Shown here piece after piece: positions 1 through 13,515 of a stretch of 64,000 bases of DNA. A model generated the notes under the pieces. The model did not search any database. It saw only the letters and a list, made by a program, of their open reading frames with translations, and was not told where the DNA came from. The stretch is from Pavona decussata (Eukaryota): contig CDRNST010000289.1 in NCBI GenBank assembly GCA_977016875.1, positions 620,001 to 684,000 on the forward strand, given 5' to 3'. The position numbers and the translations under genes were made by a program. Within the stretch, counting starts at the first letter, position 1. Each line of letters opens with the position of its first letter.

Positions 1-1428
1 GATACACTGTACGCAGTTTACAACGATAACGTCATCTATTTGGAGTAGTCCTGGTCATGAAAAGTATACTTTTGAGAGCATTTTAGTCATGTTTAGTATT
101 TTAGACCATGATTAAACTCCAATTTAATTTCAATTTTAACAAAAAATATCCATGATCACAGCCCACGTGAACACCCCAACACAACATTGAGGAATCAACT
201 GGTAACAAATTTAATTAATTAGTTGTTCTGTTTTCTTGACAAAGAGTAACCTTCCTTGTAATGTATTCCATCATGTTCACATGCTTTGCCAAATCTCAAG
301 CAACTGATAGTGTTAGAAAGTCAAAAGGAATCATTTTTATTAGAACGCTTTTTAGTAGTTTCAATTAATGGGTTTACGTTTAAAGGTATTTCTCGGTTAG
401 AGTTTGTTCCTTGTTTAAGGTCATTCAAGTTTTATTCAAGTTTGTGCCTGTAGAGGCATTTCCTTAGTCCTGTCTTCTTAAGGGGTTTGTCGAGTTTAGG
501 TGTGGTATTTTTAAGTAGGCATGCTTGAGGATTTAAGCTGACCTTGGATTTTATTGGCCCTGTTAAGCTTGTTTGGGTTTATTGTCTAACTTTATACTTT
601 TGTTATGGAATTTACATTGGTGGTCTTCTACTTGTTATTGTCAAGCATGTAGGTATGTTTTCACACATTGAGTTAAGCAGTTGAGTGTGAAACTAGAGCT
701 CCCTTGGTCAGCAAACCCAAACATGTCTACATTTATAGTATATATTGAGGTTCGCAGATAACGTTAGTCAGTCAGTTGTAAGTGGGAGCTGCGTAAGGAA
801 TAAAGATTTGCTTAAAAGAAGATTCTCGGTACCTCCGTTACAGTCGCGAGCGGGTTGCTGTTCTACAATAGGAACGCATTGCGTACAAAAACATTATATT
901 TGGTCATTGTGACTCTAGTGGGTGATATTGCAACTTCGATAAAAAAAAAACAATAAAAAATGTTCACAGCCCGCAGGAAACAGTCTGACGTAACAGGTCG
1001 TAAGCATGGTGAAGAATTTCTGAAGTTGTGGCCAAATTGGCAAAAACGTCGGAAAATTATTGATTTTGTTTTCCCAGCGCGGAACAAATTTCCTTGTTAG
1101 TTATTTTGTATACTTTGTGCTGCCTTAGTCATATTTGTTGGAACACTTCTCTTCGCCTTCCCCCAATGTTGCTAATATTGAGGGAAAGGGGGAGCAATGC
1201 ATTTACTCAGGTACCGGCCTTAACTGTCTCCAGGGGCGGATTAAGGGGGAGGGAGGGAGGGGGCGAGCCCCTTTTTTTCTTGTATGATAAAATGAGGGGG
1301 TGGTCATGAGCTCTCTCCACAAGTCTTCGTCCCCCTCTTTCTGAACTTTTTGGATCCGCTTCTGGTCTCAGTAGGGGTGACTTACCTTGACGAGAAACCT
1401 AGGAAACAATTTTTTTTGTCTTTTGAAG

Positions 1429-1663
1429 GTCAGCTAATAACCGCCTCAAGAAACAACCTAAAGGACCATTGGAGTGTGAGCGCGTAGAGGTATCTAGGGA
1501 TTTGAAGGGGTAGGTAATCGGAAAGGGAGGATGTTTGGTTAAAGAAATTATGAAGTCTTCAGGAGCGTCAATCAGTTCGCCGAGGAAAGACGAAGGTTGG
1601 TTTACAGTCAGCGGTAATGCCGAGCAACGTGCATGCGCCAAGAGGCTTATTTTAGGAAAAGTG
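1429..1663 (+). pseudogene. KH-gene exon, KH domain 1, with premature stop
   Basis: ttttgaag acceptor; ...RDLKG*VIGKGGCLVKEIMKSSGASISSPRKDEGWFTVSGNAEQRACAKRLILGKV; gtgagt donor, phase 0. Confidence 0.75.
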
Positions 1664-2438
1664 GTGAGTTGTAAAGAAAAATGAAATCAATCCTGAACTT
1701 ACCTTTGTTCCTTGTATTTTTTTTCCATTGTATGCATGGTGATTGCATGTCTTCGCTTTGCTTTGTTTACCATCTACAGGAATCTTTTCAGAGACGATTA
1801 AAGCAATAATGATTCATAACAGTGTATGGCATTTTTGTTTTCAAATTGAAGCTTAATTTTATCTGAACAATGCGTGCTTACCACTGGCCACTTTTCTTTT
1901 AGGATTCCATCAGCCGGCCTTGCTAAGATCTTCTTTTCCCGCATAGTCATAAGCCACCCAAAAAAGCTTTAAATTATAATAGGCACCGTCCTCAAGAAAT
2001 CAGAGTTTCTCGGTCCATTTCGAGATGCGCAGAACGTATGCGCAGTAGAAAAAGGAGAAGGCATCACGCGAATTTGATGTCATTTCAAAAATCAAAAATG
2101 TTTGTCCGTCAACAGAAACAAAGCAATAATTGTCTACTTTTGTTATAAATTATCACCCAAGTGCAATAAAACTTTCGGCCAAAGACAAAGAAGGTCCGAA
2201 TGGATTGAAACTTGAAAAATATTAGGCTAATGTGCTTCAAGTTCTCGCAATATTGTTTACAAAATGCGCGGAACAGATCACGAGTTGTTCCTTTCACGAA
2301 ATGAATTGATTTCTTTCCTCTCGTTGTTCTAGAATTATTTTTTAGCTAAGTGAAGGTAATAATTAGAAGAGCTAAAAAAACCCATCACACTTCCCCTGTA
2401 ATCAAATTGCTTACCATGACTGTTGTAAAATTTTACAG

Positions 2439-2660
2439 CAGGAAATCCAGAGCAGGACTAGCGAGAGACCTCCACTCGGCGAGCTGATTGAGATAGCAGA
2501 TGAATACAAAGGCTTGGTGATGGGGAAAGGGGGCGATAATCTCAGAAATATAAGCACTCAGACAGGAGCAAAGGTGGTTCGCAAACAAGGCGAGGTGTAC
2601 ATAGCCAGTGGAACAGAGGAGCAGAGGCAACAGGCAAAAGTGGTTATTAAAATTATTATT
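2439..2660 (+). pseudogene. KH-gene exon, KH domain 2
   Basis: ttttacag acceptor; 74 codons including IEIADEYKGLVMGKGGDNLRNISTQTGAKV...EEQRQQAKVVI; gtaagt donor. Confidence 0.85.
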
Positions 2661-2704
2661 GTAAGTATACATCAATATGGTTTCTAAGTTTGTTGTATTA
2701 TTAA

Positions 2705-3667
2705 CCCTTTGCATCCCAACAACGCATATATGCGTCGAAAACACCGTTCTTGCTTCTATGAATTGCTTCTTTTTTAACTTAAGCTAGAACGTCATGGTAA
2801 TGTGTGAATGGCACCAGCTGATGTATATTGCCATCATCACACCCAGCAAACCGATGACACCTCCCGATTTTTGCTGCATATCACCGTTCGTTGGGCAACA
2901 AAGCCCAAAATGCCAATTTTTCGGCCAAATAACAACACCAAAAATTACACTTATTTATCGTCAATTTTTAATCCAAATAATTTGTTCAAAAATAAAAACT
3001 CTATATTTACAGCAAACCTCAAGGTCAGACCTAGGTATCTGACTTGAAGATTTTTCTCTCAACGCTTCCCGAGGGCTATACTTCAGCCATTTTATTAGAC
3101 CCAGTCTTGCGTATCTCACTTTGCCTCGTTCATGCCCAAAAAGAATTCTGGGTAATTTACCCATAGTGCGAACGTAGAACTCCTGCCCTTTTTATTTCAT
3201 AGTTTATTTTTATAGCTTTTTTTTATAAGCAAAATGTCGAACCCATTGAATATTTTACTTCTCCAAATTCGCCCAAATTACCTTTGTAGGTCCTGGAATC
3301 CATCCACAAAACGGCCAGAGAGAAAACTTCACTCGTGTGCCTCCATGTCTGCTACACAGCATGTTTGGCGACTCAGTCAGCATGAAACCACCTCTCACTT
3401 CTGTTTTCTTTCAGAGGCTTGCCTCCACCCACATTCCAGCTTAATGATGCCACAATGGTGGCTTCTGCAGAGGAAAATGGCTCAAAAAACACTTATAAAG
3501 CGATGATTGTGATTTTACCAGATTCGTGCTCGTGCACTCGCTCGAAACAAACAACAACCGTCACTTGCATCGCGCGCCAATTTAGCCTGAGAGAAATTAA
3601 TTGGTTTAGACTATTTATTGCCAAAAAGTCATTAAAAAAAAAAAGCACGCACCTGGTTTTTAAAGGG
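2705..3667. mobile_element. Non-autonomous piggyBac-like element
   Basis: TTAA|CCCTTT ... AAAGGG|TTAA termini; no transposase ORF. Confidence 0.65.
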
Positions 3668-3830
3668 TTAATATGTAACATTATTATTTTTTATTAACAT
3701 AATATCAAATGTGACAGTTCTTTTGCGCTACAGTTGAAACAAAGTTAATTGTACTTTTTGGTAACTTTAGTTAGTGTTAGCTATACACGAACCCTCAAAC
3801 ATAATTTTATGCTTTAACTACCAATCGTTT

Positions 3831-3972
3831 NNNNNNNNNNNNNNNNNNNNNNNNNNNNNNNNNNNNNNNNNNNNNNNNNNNNNNNNNNNNNNNNNNNNNN
3901 NNNNNNNNNNNNNNNNNNNNNNNNNNNNNNNNNNNNNNNNNNNNNNNNNNNNNNNNNNNNNNNNNNNNNNNN
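3831..3972. other. Assembly gap (N run), followed by ATCG/ATTG simple repeats
   Basis: 142 N characters. Confidence 1.
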
Positions 3973-4506
3973 ATTGATGATTGACTGATCTGTCGATCGA
4001 TCGATCGATTGATTGATTGATTGGTTGAGTCAGCGGTTAAGAAACGTTTGTGAGTCAATTAGTTGTTCTCTCCTCATTAGCGAGAATTTCTCTGAAGAGA
4101 CGTTTGCTCTTTAGAATAATGTTTGTCTTAAAGATTTCAGTGCTAGCTTTAAATAATGTTATTATCAGCGTAATGTCTTCTTCAGAGATGCAATGATTTG
4201 ATTGAGGGATGTGTCGAACAACAGTGCTGCATTTGAAGACTGAGGCAACTTAAGACTCATTTTCTTATTGTCGATTCTTGTTGTAGACACTACAGCCAGT
4301 TGTCTCACCCATACTCTTGTTTTTCGGTAGGCTGTCAAAATTGACAGAGACATCATTTGAGTTTTACCGAAACTATTCTTTCCTTTTGGATTGTTCACAT
4401 TATCCTTGACTGTTGTGGCAGTCAATTCACCTTTTCAAATAGATGAGATAAAAGTGTTGGGTAAAGATGGTCACGACAGCTTCTTCTTTTCAATCATTTT
4501 CTTTAG

Positions 4507-4689
4507 GCTGGGGCTAGACTCCGAGGTATGCAAAACGAATTTAATAAAGCCTGTTGCTACATCGATGACTGGAATCTGCCTCCGGACTGTGAACTCAAGC
4601 TGGAGCAAGCAGTGCAAAGTGATCGGATGGTGCTTCCAGGATCAACTACACAGTATCGACTAAAGCCAGCAGAAGATTATGGACTGCAG
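4507..4689 (+). pseudogene. KH-gene exon
   Basis: ctttag acceptor, 61 open codons (AGARLRGMQNEF...DYGLQ), gt donor, phase 0/0. Confidence 0.7.
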
Positions 4690-4997
4690 GTTTGCCAATG
4701 CTATCTTTTGTCAGTAATGGTTTGTTCTTTGATTCCTGGCGTGTTTCGCACCCGCTGAACAACCACCTGGGTACACGGGTAGGGTGGGGTTGGGTGGGTT
4801 CTGTGGATACGATGGTGGGTAAATTGATATGACAACACCACAATAAATTACACCTATTCAAGTGTAGACGAACTGTGCACCCATGTAATGCGATAGAAAT
4901 CGAATGAAGTTATTTTTGTTGAGTGCCGTGACGACTTCTTTCCTAGTAGTTCCCCGGGCTTGCTTGTCCTTTGGAAAAAATTTGTTTCACCGAGCTC

Positions 4998-5075
4998 GGC
5001 GGGATTTGAACCACGACCTCCGGAGTAGATCAACAGCGCTATAACCAACTGAGCTACAAGGTCAGCTGGGAGCTA
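4998..5075 (-). mobile_element. tRNA-derived SINE head
   Basis: Reverse complement has an A-box-like TAGCTCAGTTGG and a B-box-like GGTTCAAATCC but no complete cloverleaf. Confidence 0.55.
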
Positions 5076-5192
5076 CGCGTGGGAATTAAGGTATTAATTC
5101 TCAATCATCTCACGCTCTGGATAGACGTTTTTTGAAGATACGAAAAGCCCGCGGGTTGGGGGGGGGGGGGGGGCACTCTCATTTGAAAGGGG

Positions 5193-5226
<34 letters not shown>

Positions 5227-5547
5227 TTTCGGATTGTGGTCTTACTTAGGGTATCCTGGGTAAAACGCCATTATATTTAGCCGTGAAGGTCTCGTTTAAG
5301 GTTCCACGCGAAAAGTTACTGTATTATTTATTTGTCTGTGTTTTAAAATAGTCTCTTTTAGGGGGTCAAAATAGTTTGGGCCATGCCCAAGTTCGTCTTC
5401 TTTAGGGGTTTAATTCAAAACGTTCCGACGAGCATCCCCGTCCCTTCCATATAAGGTTCCCCCCTCCCCATGGGATGAAAAGGCTACCCCCTACTTTGCT
5501 CTTTCTCTCTCCCTTAATCGGAATTATCTATTCGATCATGCAACTAG

Positions 5548-5710
5548 GAATCTTGCTGTCCAGATGAGGAACCAAGCTATCTGGAAAAACTTGTCAATGA
5601 CGCTTTGGAAGCGCTCCGTAAGATTAAACTTGAAACGAGGACGAAAGAATACCTCAAAGCTGACATGTGGTGTCACTTTGGAACGGCCATCATCAGAGGA
5701 CCTGACGAAG
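5548..5710 (+). pseudogene. KH-gene exon
   Basis: ag acceptor; ESCCPDEEPSYLEKL...DMWCHFGTAIIRGPDE; gtatt donor, phase 0/1. Confidence 0.75.
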
Positions 5711-6365
5711 GTATTATTGAATTACTATCGATTCCATCTACCTTAAAAAATGTTATAGCAATCAGTAACACAAAACCGGCAGACTTGTCTCACTTGAATA
5801 ATCTACACATTTTATCTTCACACAAAAACATCTATGTGGCTTTGGTATTAGCTGATTCTAAATTCCATCTAGGTTGCTTTAATTCAGCCTTGTATTGAAC
5901 TAGCGCTACGTTCAGGGGAGCTTAACGGTAGGGGCCTTAAAAGTTGAGTAAGAGCTAGAAATTGAGTACTAGCCACTAGCGCTTCTCGAATCCAGTTTGC
6001 AGGCTTTGGATAATAATGATCACTTGCCAGACCGATTTTGTTTCTAGAGTCTACTTGTCTGCTGGTAAGCTACAGAAAAGAACAGGAGAGAGCTGCGAGA
6101 AACTGACTAGATTGAAATTCAAAAGTTGCGCTCGTACACAAATTTTAAGGTCTGACAGGGGTTTGGTTTCAGTGACCAAGCAGCCTTCTTCACCAGCAGG
6201 GTGGCCAGTGCGGCGCTAGAACTCTTGACAGGAGGAGCGATCATCTTCCTCAAACGGGCTAGGCCCTCCCGCCAACCGGGAGCTAATCATTAATACTATA
6301 CAACTAGCTATCTTTACAGTTAATGTACTGTTCAAAATCATTTGTTCAAAAATCATTTGTTACAG

Positions 6366-6589
6366 AGGAAGCCGATGAAGGTGAATGGACCATTGCTCAG
6401 GCAACAGAAATGTTCCAAGCGTCAAATGAAGGGCTTCACTGGAGAGCTGCATTCAAAGAAGGAGTCAATTTGGACAAGACATTTCTGGAAGGAAGTGACT
6501 GCGAAAACACTCCTGAGGAATATTTAGATTACGTGGCAAGATACGACTTAGGATTTTTAACACCATGTGGTCATCAGATAAGATTCAAG
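6366..6589 (+). pseudogene. KH-gene exon
   Basis: ttacag acceptor; EEADEGEWTI...GHQIRFK; gtaagg donor, phase 1/0. Confidence 0.8.
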
Positions 6590-7823
6590 GTAAGGTTGAT
6601 ATTCACTGATATTCATCAGGCCCAATTTTTAGAGCGCTTTCTAATTGAGTGTCGTAAAACCAAAACCAAAGTAAATACTCTGGCCAATCGGAACAGATGT
6701 AAACAATACAGCGAGCTTATCAGATTTCGAAGCCAGTACAAGAAACTGGCGCCAAGCGCGGGGAAACACGTGCGACATAAACACCGTTGGTTTTGGTTTG
6801 GATTCCCATTGGTTGAGAAAGTGGCGCGAGTTTTGTTAACCAATCACAGAATGTTGTAATGCAAAACCAAAGCAAACGCGAAATTAATTTCGACACTCAA
6901 TTTAAAACCGCTCTATTTGCGCTCCACTCATGATTTGGCCGCTCGCTTCTAGTTTTTTGTTTTGCGTTTCCTGTGGCAATAGTTTACAAGCCAAACGAAC
7001 ACAGTTTGGTCTGCATTACGTAGCGGTTTCTCTGAGAAAGTGCGTCCTATTTAAAAGTTGTATTGCATACACGTATGGACCATGTTAACCCAACTTACAG
7101 TCAGCTGTTTTGGTGTGGCTGCCTTAAAATGTCTTTCTTGTTAGTGCCCGAAGGAGTTTCAGTAACAGGTATTAATGTGAGTGTGGACGAAGTTGATAGC
7201 ATGGTAAAACTTGGTGTAGTATCATTAAAGTAACATGAAGATTAGTTGCTCTTATGCTATTGTTTAGTGACAAAGTTCGTTCGGAAGAAAACTTGGTATT
7301 TTTAAAGGAAAAAAAATGGCCTCCGAAAACTATGGCTACTGGAAAGTACTAACAACAAAATTAGTGCAGAACAACAACAATAGAAAGACTTAATTCAAAC
7401 AATAAAGAAAATGATGACTTTAACCCGCAGGTAGCTGTTGCTATTCGCGGCGGGTTCAATAAATCGTTATATTTTACACAAACTAAAAGACGAAAAAAAA
7501 AAAAAAAACAGACAACAAAAAAGACATCATTTTTTAGGCAAAAAACAAACAATCAAAGCAAAAAACTTTTCTTGTGCCGCCACCTATTTTACAAAGACTC
7601 ACACGCGTACGGCTTGAGGTGGCTGTGGAAATTAACGACACGAAAACGAATTCGATCAATGCCGACCATTTCTAGACTTGTCGCCTCACGGCGCAAGTAA
7701 AAAAAAGGAGAGAAAAAGCAATTTTAAAAAAAAATTACGAGGTAAGTGGTTTAGGGTACTTGAATGGCTGCTTATGACATGGTGAGCTGAAAACATTAAT
7801 AATGAATCTCCCTCATTGCGCAG

Positions 7824-8037
7824 GTGTGGGTAACAAAGAAGAACGTCGGCAAAAAGCTGGAGGACATTCCAATTCCTTTCAGTGACGTGAAAAACATATT
7901 GGATGAGGTAAACTTTGAAGATGAATTGACGCGGTCAAGATGCCGTGGATGGCTGGTTCTACCATCCAGAAGATAGGCGGACATTTTGTTTCCTGGTTGT
8001 GAATTTGATTGCAGACTCACCATCCGTGGACGAACTG
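7824..8037 (+). pseudogene. KH-gene exon with premature stop
   Basis: gcag acceptor; VWVTKK...GWLVLPSRR*ADILFPGCEFDCRLTIRGRT; gtatga donor in phase 1 matches the next exon. Confidence 0.75.
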
Positions 8038-8134
8038 GTATGAAAGCGATTTGCTAAGGAAAGAAAAAATGAGAATGGTGTATATAATTCAGTGAATGAC
8101 ACAGACAAACTAGGAAAAAGGAAATCAGAGCGCT

Positions 8135-8220
8135 CCTATCAGGAGTCGAACCTATGACCTTCCGATTAGTACTTGTTCGGATGCTCTACCACTGAGCTAC
8201 AGGAGACTCGTGGGAGCTAG
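8135..8220 (-). mobile_element. tRNA-derived SINE head
   Basis: Reverse complement has TAGCTCAGTGGTAGAGC (A box) and GGTTCGACTCC (B box). Confidence 0.6.
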
Positions 8221-8863
8221 GAACTAGTAGATTGGTTCTGTCATATGCAAGCCATCTATATATAAATGGATTTTCGCGCAACTTTCACAAAAAATGTGTC
8301 TGTGGGTCAGACTGAGGGCCACTATTCGTCGCTGACGTTTAAACTCAAAATGCAAAACGAGCGAAAATTTATTTAAAAAAAAAAAGCAACGAAAACAAAA
8401 CAACAGAATAAGAGTGCAAAGTTCTGTTCAAGAGTTTTTATTTTGATTGTCCATGTATTCATTACATATGATACAGAAGGAGGGGGGGGGGGGGGGGGGG
8501 AGGGGGCGAAGTTGATGCCCGGGAGGTTCGTCTGCTCAAAACACCAAAAGAGTTTCTGTGGCCAGTGAAGTATATTCAAATCCGTTTCCTATAGATTGGT
8601 GTTGTAGTAGTTTTTGTTCGAACTTGTACAGTTTGCAACGTTTCAGCTTTCAACATGATAAGATTATAAACATATTTAAAATGTTATAAAATACTGTGCA
8701 CGTACAATAATTTTCCGGGTCCGAAATGTTAACTGAGTTTTTGAGAAACGCACTCCTTTAGTATAAGCGTTGCAAGATTTTATTTAATTAATTTAACTTC
8801 TTCTCTTTGAATTAAAGGTTCAAATGATTACTAAACTTAAATGTACTATTTGTCCTCACATAG

Positions 8864-9123
8864 ATAGTGCTCTCGTAACGGACTACGTACCGAAACAAGA
8901 AGCAAGGCAGGCCTTGTCAAGATACTTGTCTGAATTTGTTTTGACCGATGAAGATAGCCTTGAGCTCCGTCTGCCCGAGATGACCATACCTGAGGGTTTT
9001 CACTTAACCCATAATCGATGTTCCAAACGATGTCTGTATGAAATCAGTCACGGGTTTGCTGTCATTCTCTCAGAGGAAAGCTCATGGGAGTGCGACGAGA
9101 AAACAGAGGAGAACAGAACATCG
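8864..9123 (+). pseudogene. KH-gene exon
   Basis: catag acceptor; DSALVTDYVP...EENRTS; gtatgt donor, phase 1/0. Confidence 0.8.
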
Positions 9124-9749
9124 GTATGTGGGTTAGTTCAGTTGCGGCCGCTTTTAACAATATTTTCCCTTGAAAATTGGCATAAAGCTTCGTGACACTA
9201 GGTCATCAAAGCCATCTGTTAACTAGGGGTGCATGCCCATGTCCACCTAAGTGTATAGCAGTGCACTGCAGCGTATGCCCGTGTATGGCCAACTATAGCT
9301 ACACACCTATTTCAACCATGTCAAACCACTATATGATGGTTACACCACATATCTATGAATTTAGGCTCGATTTCCGCTGCTCCCTCGGGCCCGGCTACGT
9401 GGGCTCATTTCCGGAAAAGCGGCTGTTAATCCCGCCGATCTGCTAACTCAGTAACGGAGCAGTTTGCTTTCGAAGACTTCAGCCTCGAAATGATTTCCTC
9501 ATACGAAAAAGAAAAAAAAAATACCCGTTGAAATTAACAAACTTCGAGAATAAATGGTAAGCAGTTCTGCACGTAGTAAAGCTCAAAATGGTATCATTCA
9601 TTTCATTCAAATCTCACTGATACAAAGTCAGTCCATAAATCTGAGATGATTTAATAATAAGCCATACTTGTGGTTTGACCATCGGTCTCGACGATATAAT
9701 TTGAAAATAAATAAAAAATGATAATAATGATGATAATGATGATGATGAG

Positions 9750-9805
<56 letters not shown>
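9750..9805. repeat. (TAA)n microsatellite; a second tract lies at ~11449-11502
   Basis: Directly visible. Confidence 0.95.
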
Positions 9806-9806
<1 letters not shown>

Positions 9807-9832
9807 TATTCTCTTTAATAATAATCTATTTT

Positions 9833-11407
9833 ATTCTCGGTTTTCACTGTCACGCAATTGAAAAATCGAAACCATTCCATGAATTAAGTCAAGAAATTGA
9901 TATGGTATAGAGGATAAATAAATAAGGCATCTGTCCAAGTGTCAGGCCTGTGCGGCATTCCGTACTCGAGTTATTTGACAAAATGTTCCACATAAATTTA
10001 TAGAGCTTAGTATGGAGACGCCATGTTTGTGTCCCTCTGAGGGGCACAAACATGGCGGCCGGAAATAGGAAAAAATATCTGGAGTTCACTTTTGCCAGAA
10101 ACGTATTCAAGAAATGGTCCATTGTAGTGAGTCAAATTCGTCTTCACAAGTCCAAACAAAAGCCTTTTGTTGTTTATTGCGCTTAGGGAATTGTTCCGAG
10201 ACTCGGCGAAGATGAATTTCAAATCGTCACAAAATTGTCGGCGTGTCAAATTAGCGGCACTAGGGGAGAGGGGTTTGGAAAGCTGCGGAAGGTTTACTAT
10301 TATTGTTATTGACCCCAAGCAAGAAACCTGGAAATGCTAAATTCTTTTATACGATTTTGGATCAGTTGAAAAAAGCGCGCAGCTGGATCAGTTGAAAAAA
10401 GCGCGCAGCACAACGCCGCAAAACAGTGAAGCTTTTATCGATGGTTTCGCTTGGTCAAGAGTTGTGATTTCAAAACTAACTTGTCTTACTCGTAAAAAAA
10501 AAAAAGAAAGGAAAGAAAAGGCTTCGTTTATGAAAACTCGCCCTTTGGATTGGAAAAATCGGCCGATTAGACCGTTTGATTGAAAAGGATCATTGTGGTC
10601 GTTGTCATTTAAGGGTGCGTTCGATTGGGAAATCCGGATTTAGATTTTCATGCCGCATCAAAGGAACCGACGAATCCTTGTCCAGAGTGGATTCGTCGGT
10701 TCCTTTGATGCGGCATGAAATTCTAAATCCTGATTTCCCGATCGAACGCACCCTTAGTCTTAAAACAAAAGCATCGGTTGCTAGCGCGGCTCTTAAAGAA
10801 GAGGTGTTAGTTTTAAAACCATCACGCTTTCACTCGCGACACGACGCTTTCGCCAAATATGCAAATTTCGAACTCGTGCAGTCATCGGCTATTTTTGAAT
10901 TTCCCTCGTGAATTTCGCTATTGTAATAACAGCGAGTTTGAATTTCCCTCCTGAATTATTAAGCCTTTGTTTGGCGCTAAAGCTATTGTTTCAAAATCTC
11001 CTTTTATGGCCGTATTTGCGACGCTAAACAAAGAGCATTGTCTTTGAATTTGATCAGCTTTTCTTGATACGGCGGCGGGGGGAAGAAGTTTGTTTGCCCT
11101 TGTAAATTTTCAAATGTTTAGATTAATATTTCTCCTCAAACTTAAATTGTTTAGAATGCTGAAAATCACCCGAAGAGTCATTTTTAAGATACGGAACAGC
11201 TTTGTCACGCCCGTCCTCCTGATGTCACGCACGATGGAAACTCGGAAATTGAAACTGTGCTATTTTCAAAAGGAAGCACGACATCGAGCTAAGAAATTGT
11301 GAACAGACATACTTTTAGGTAATCTTTCCTTGAATGAAGGTAAGAATTTTGTAGGCCTCCCAGTTTTGAATTCTAGAATTTGGTGACGTCACGTGAAAAC
11401 CAAGAAT
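9833..11407. mobile_element. Non-autonomous TIR DNA transposon between the two (TAA)n tracts
   Basis: ATTCTCGGTTTTCAC at the left end and GTGAAAACCAAGAAT at the right end (inverted, 1 mismatch). Confidence 0.6.
10613..10753. mobile_element. PIF/Harbinger-like palindromic MITE nested in the 9833-11407 element
   Basis: GGGTGCGTTCGAT...ATCGAACGCACCC TIRs; TAA/TTA flanks. Confidence 0.7.
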
Positions 11408-11453
11408 TGAATAACGAATAATACCACGTATTTACGAAACTAGGCTATTAATA

Positions 11454-11503
<50 letters not shown>

Positions 11504-13072
11504 GAGAGAGAGAGAAACTGGTCATGATGTTAACCAATTGAGATTGTTCCTCAAACGCATTTTAGCTCATCCTCTCTTGATTTTAGTCAGTAGACAACTC
11601 GCTCCCTTTAAAGGGACTGTGTCAGCTGGGGGACATGCGCAGTAGAGTCCGGTTGAGACTAATTTGCATATAACTCGTCAATGTATTTTTGTTTGTCCGC
11701 CATTGCGTCCGTCGTGTCGATCTCACTTCTCACGCACGGAGATACGTTTTCACTTGCCTGCTTTGCCAAGCTTATGGAACAGACTGTACTGTCGATGAAA
11801 GTGTATCACATCAGTTAAGTTTAACCGCTTGATTCACTTTTAATGTGCTGTCTGACGCAAATTATCGGTCAGCTTACCTTTGCCAATACAGCAGTGATAA
11901 ATAATGATTTACGCGTGAGTTCCTTTTGTTTATATGCCAATCCTTGCAATTGCAAAACTACTTGCGCTCGAAAAACTACGTCCAAAAAACCCCGCGGTTG
12001 CCACTGCAAAACTGCGGAAGTACACTGCACGTGACTGATTTATTTAATTGTGGCACGAAGAAAGGGTCGGCTGGTCAAAAAAGCGAGAGCGGTATTTGTA
12101 TTCATGTCTGATTTACACTCATCATCTGTCAATGCATTTATAGCAATATCAAGGTCAAGCGAGTTCTAACGACATTAATAACTATCCGCCTCGTTTCGCC
12201 TCGTTTGCTACTGTTAGCTATTTTACTTTATATAATCATTACGAAATCGCGCCCATTGAAACACGTCGCCCGATAAAAATGGGGTACCATGATGCTTTGC
12301 AAGCATTATAAAGCGTGCCGCTGGTTGCGGTATCTTCTGTCTCGCAGCATGAATCCTCAAGAGTGTTCGTTTATTTGTTTGCTCAAGAAGCTCAAGAAGA
12401 AGGAGTTTACGTAAGGAAACGGTAGCAGCGCCCTTTGAAAGGTATGTATTAAAGTTCTAACATCGAATGTGGTTGATTTGGGACCCTTTAAATCAAAATT
12501 TTTGCTTTGAATCGCAGTATATTGCCGTAAAAACACGCTTCCTTGATTGAAAATTACATTTGCTTCATTCCGCCGTGCCGCTCGATTATGCAAATTACTT
12601 TCAATTCACTGGAGACAGTGATTATCTGTTTTCCTCCCTTTTTATCACAATGATAGCATACATAATGTCCATTATTATTGGGAACTGTCGTTTGGCATCG
12701 AATAACCTAAAAATCATCGCTTCCTTGATAGCGCTGGGCAATTTTTTATTTATTTTAGTTTAGTCACGCAACTTCTGCTGATAAACTTCGCCTTCCGTTC
12801 TTTTGTGATGTGTTATTTTTCTATTGTGTTTCAATGAATAGATGCGTTCCGCAAATTGTCACTTTAACAATACCATACACAAAAGACTGCTGTGATTGAC
12901 GTCCAAAATGAGGCTCATTTGCATTTTACGAGCGACGTGTTTCCATGGGCGCGACTTCGTAATGAAGCTGAATTCTACACACATTTTGATTGGTTCTTGC
13001 TTATGATCTATTTGAGGACAGATGCATAGATGACGTCACCTTTAACAACTTTTGCTTCTTCATTGTATAAAA

Positions 13073-13261
13073 CAAATAGATTCCATGTTGCCGTGTGTCT
13101 GTTCAGTAATACATCACAGAAGACGTCAAAATGTGGTAAGAACATCAGTGACACACGCTCAGTGACTCGCCTCGTGTGCCACTTTTTTGCTCTTACCACA
13201 TTTTGACGTCATCTGTGATCTATTGCCGGAACAGACGCACGGCAACATGGAATCTATTTGT
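13073..13261. mobile_element. Palindromic MITE
   Basis: ACAAATAGATTCCATGTTGCCGTG...CACGGCAACATGGAATCTATTTGT; arms of about 70 bp. Confidence 0.75.
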
Positions 13262-13356
13262 AAAATAGTCTTAAGAGTCATAAAAGAATGCGCCCTCGGC
13301 TTATAGCTTGCGGTCTTGCTAAAATTGTAACTAACTGTTGCTCTGTCACCTTGCAG

Positions 13357-13515
13357 ACTGACCTCTATCTGCACTTTAGAGAGTGGGACGAGTTGCTCAG
13401 CAGTGGAGACTGGGAACCGGAAGTAATAGCTGAGAAGATTCCCGAGTTTTTGCGGTTTGTGAAGAAAGTTCAAAGCTTGGTACTTCGAGAAATGAGGACA
13501 AAAGCTGATCGATAA
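13357..13515 (+). pseudogene. KH-gene terminal coding exon
   Basis: ttgcag acceptor; TDLYLHFREWDELLSSGDWEPE...KADR*. Confidence 0.8.

Larger units (their letters stand above)
1429..13515 (+). pseudogene. Multi-exon gene with two KH domains and an uncharacterised C-terminal region; two in-frame TAG stops; 5' end not found
   Basis: Eight AG/GT-bounded exons join in consistent phase: 1429-1663, 2439-2660, 4507-4689, 5548-5710, 6366-6589, 7824-8037, 8864-9123, 13357-13515 (TAA). KH GxxG motifs VIGKGG and VMGKGG. TAG at 1511-1513 and 7974-7976. Confidence 0.8.

Noticed and set aside
601-867. Solo LTR (TG...CA with AATAAA)
   Set aside because: No target-site duplication, second LTR or primer-binding site could be confirmed.
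7908-7913. Alternative donor GTAAAC that would avoid the TAG at 7974
   Set aside because: It gives phase 0, which is incompatible with the phase-1 acceptor at 8864.
8135-8220. Functional tRNA genes (also 4998-5075 and 55406-55460)
   Set aside because: A and B boxes are present but acceptor and anticodon stems are broken; better explained as SINE heads.
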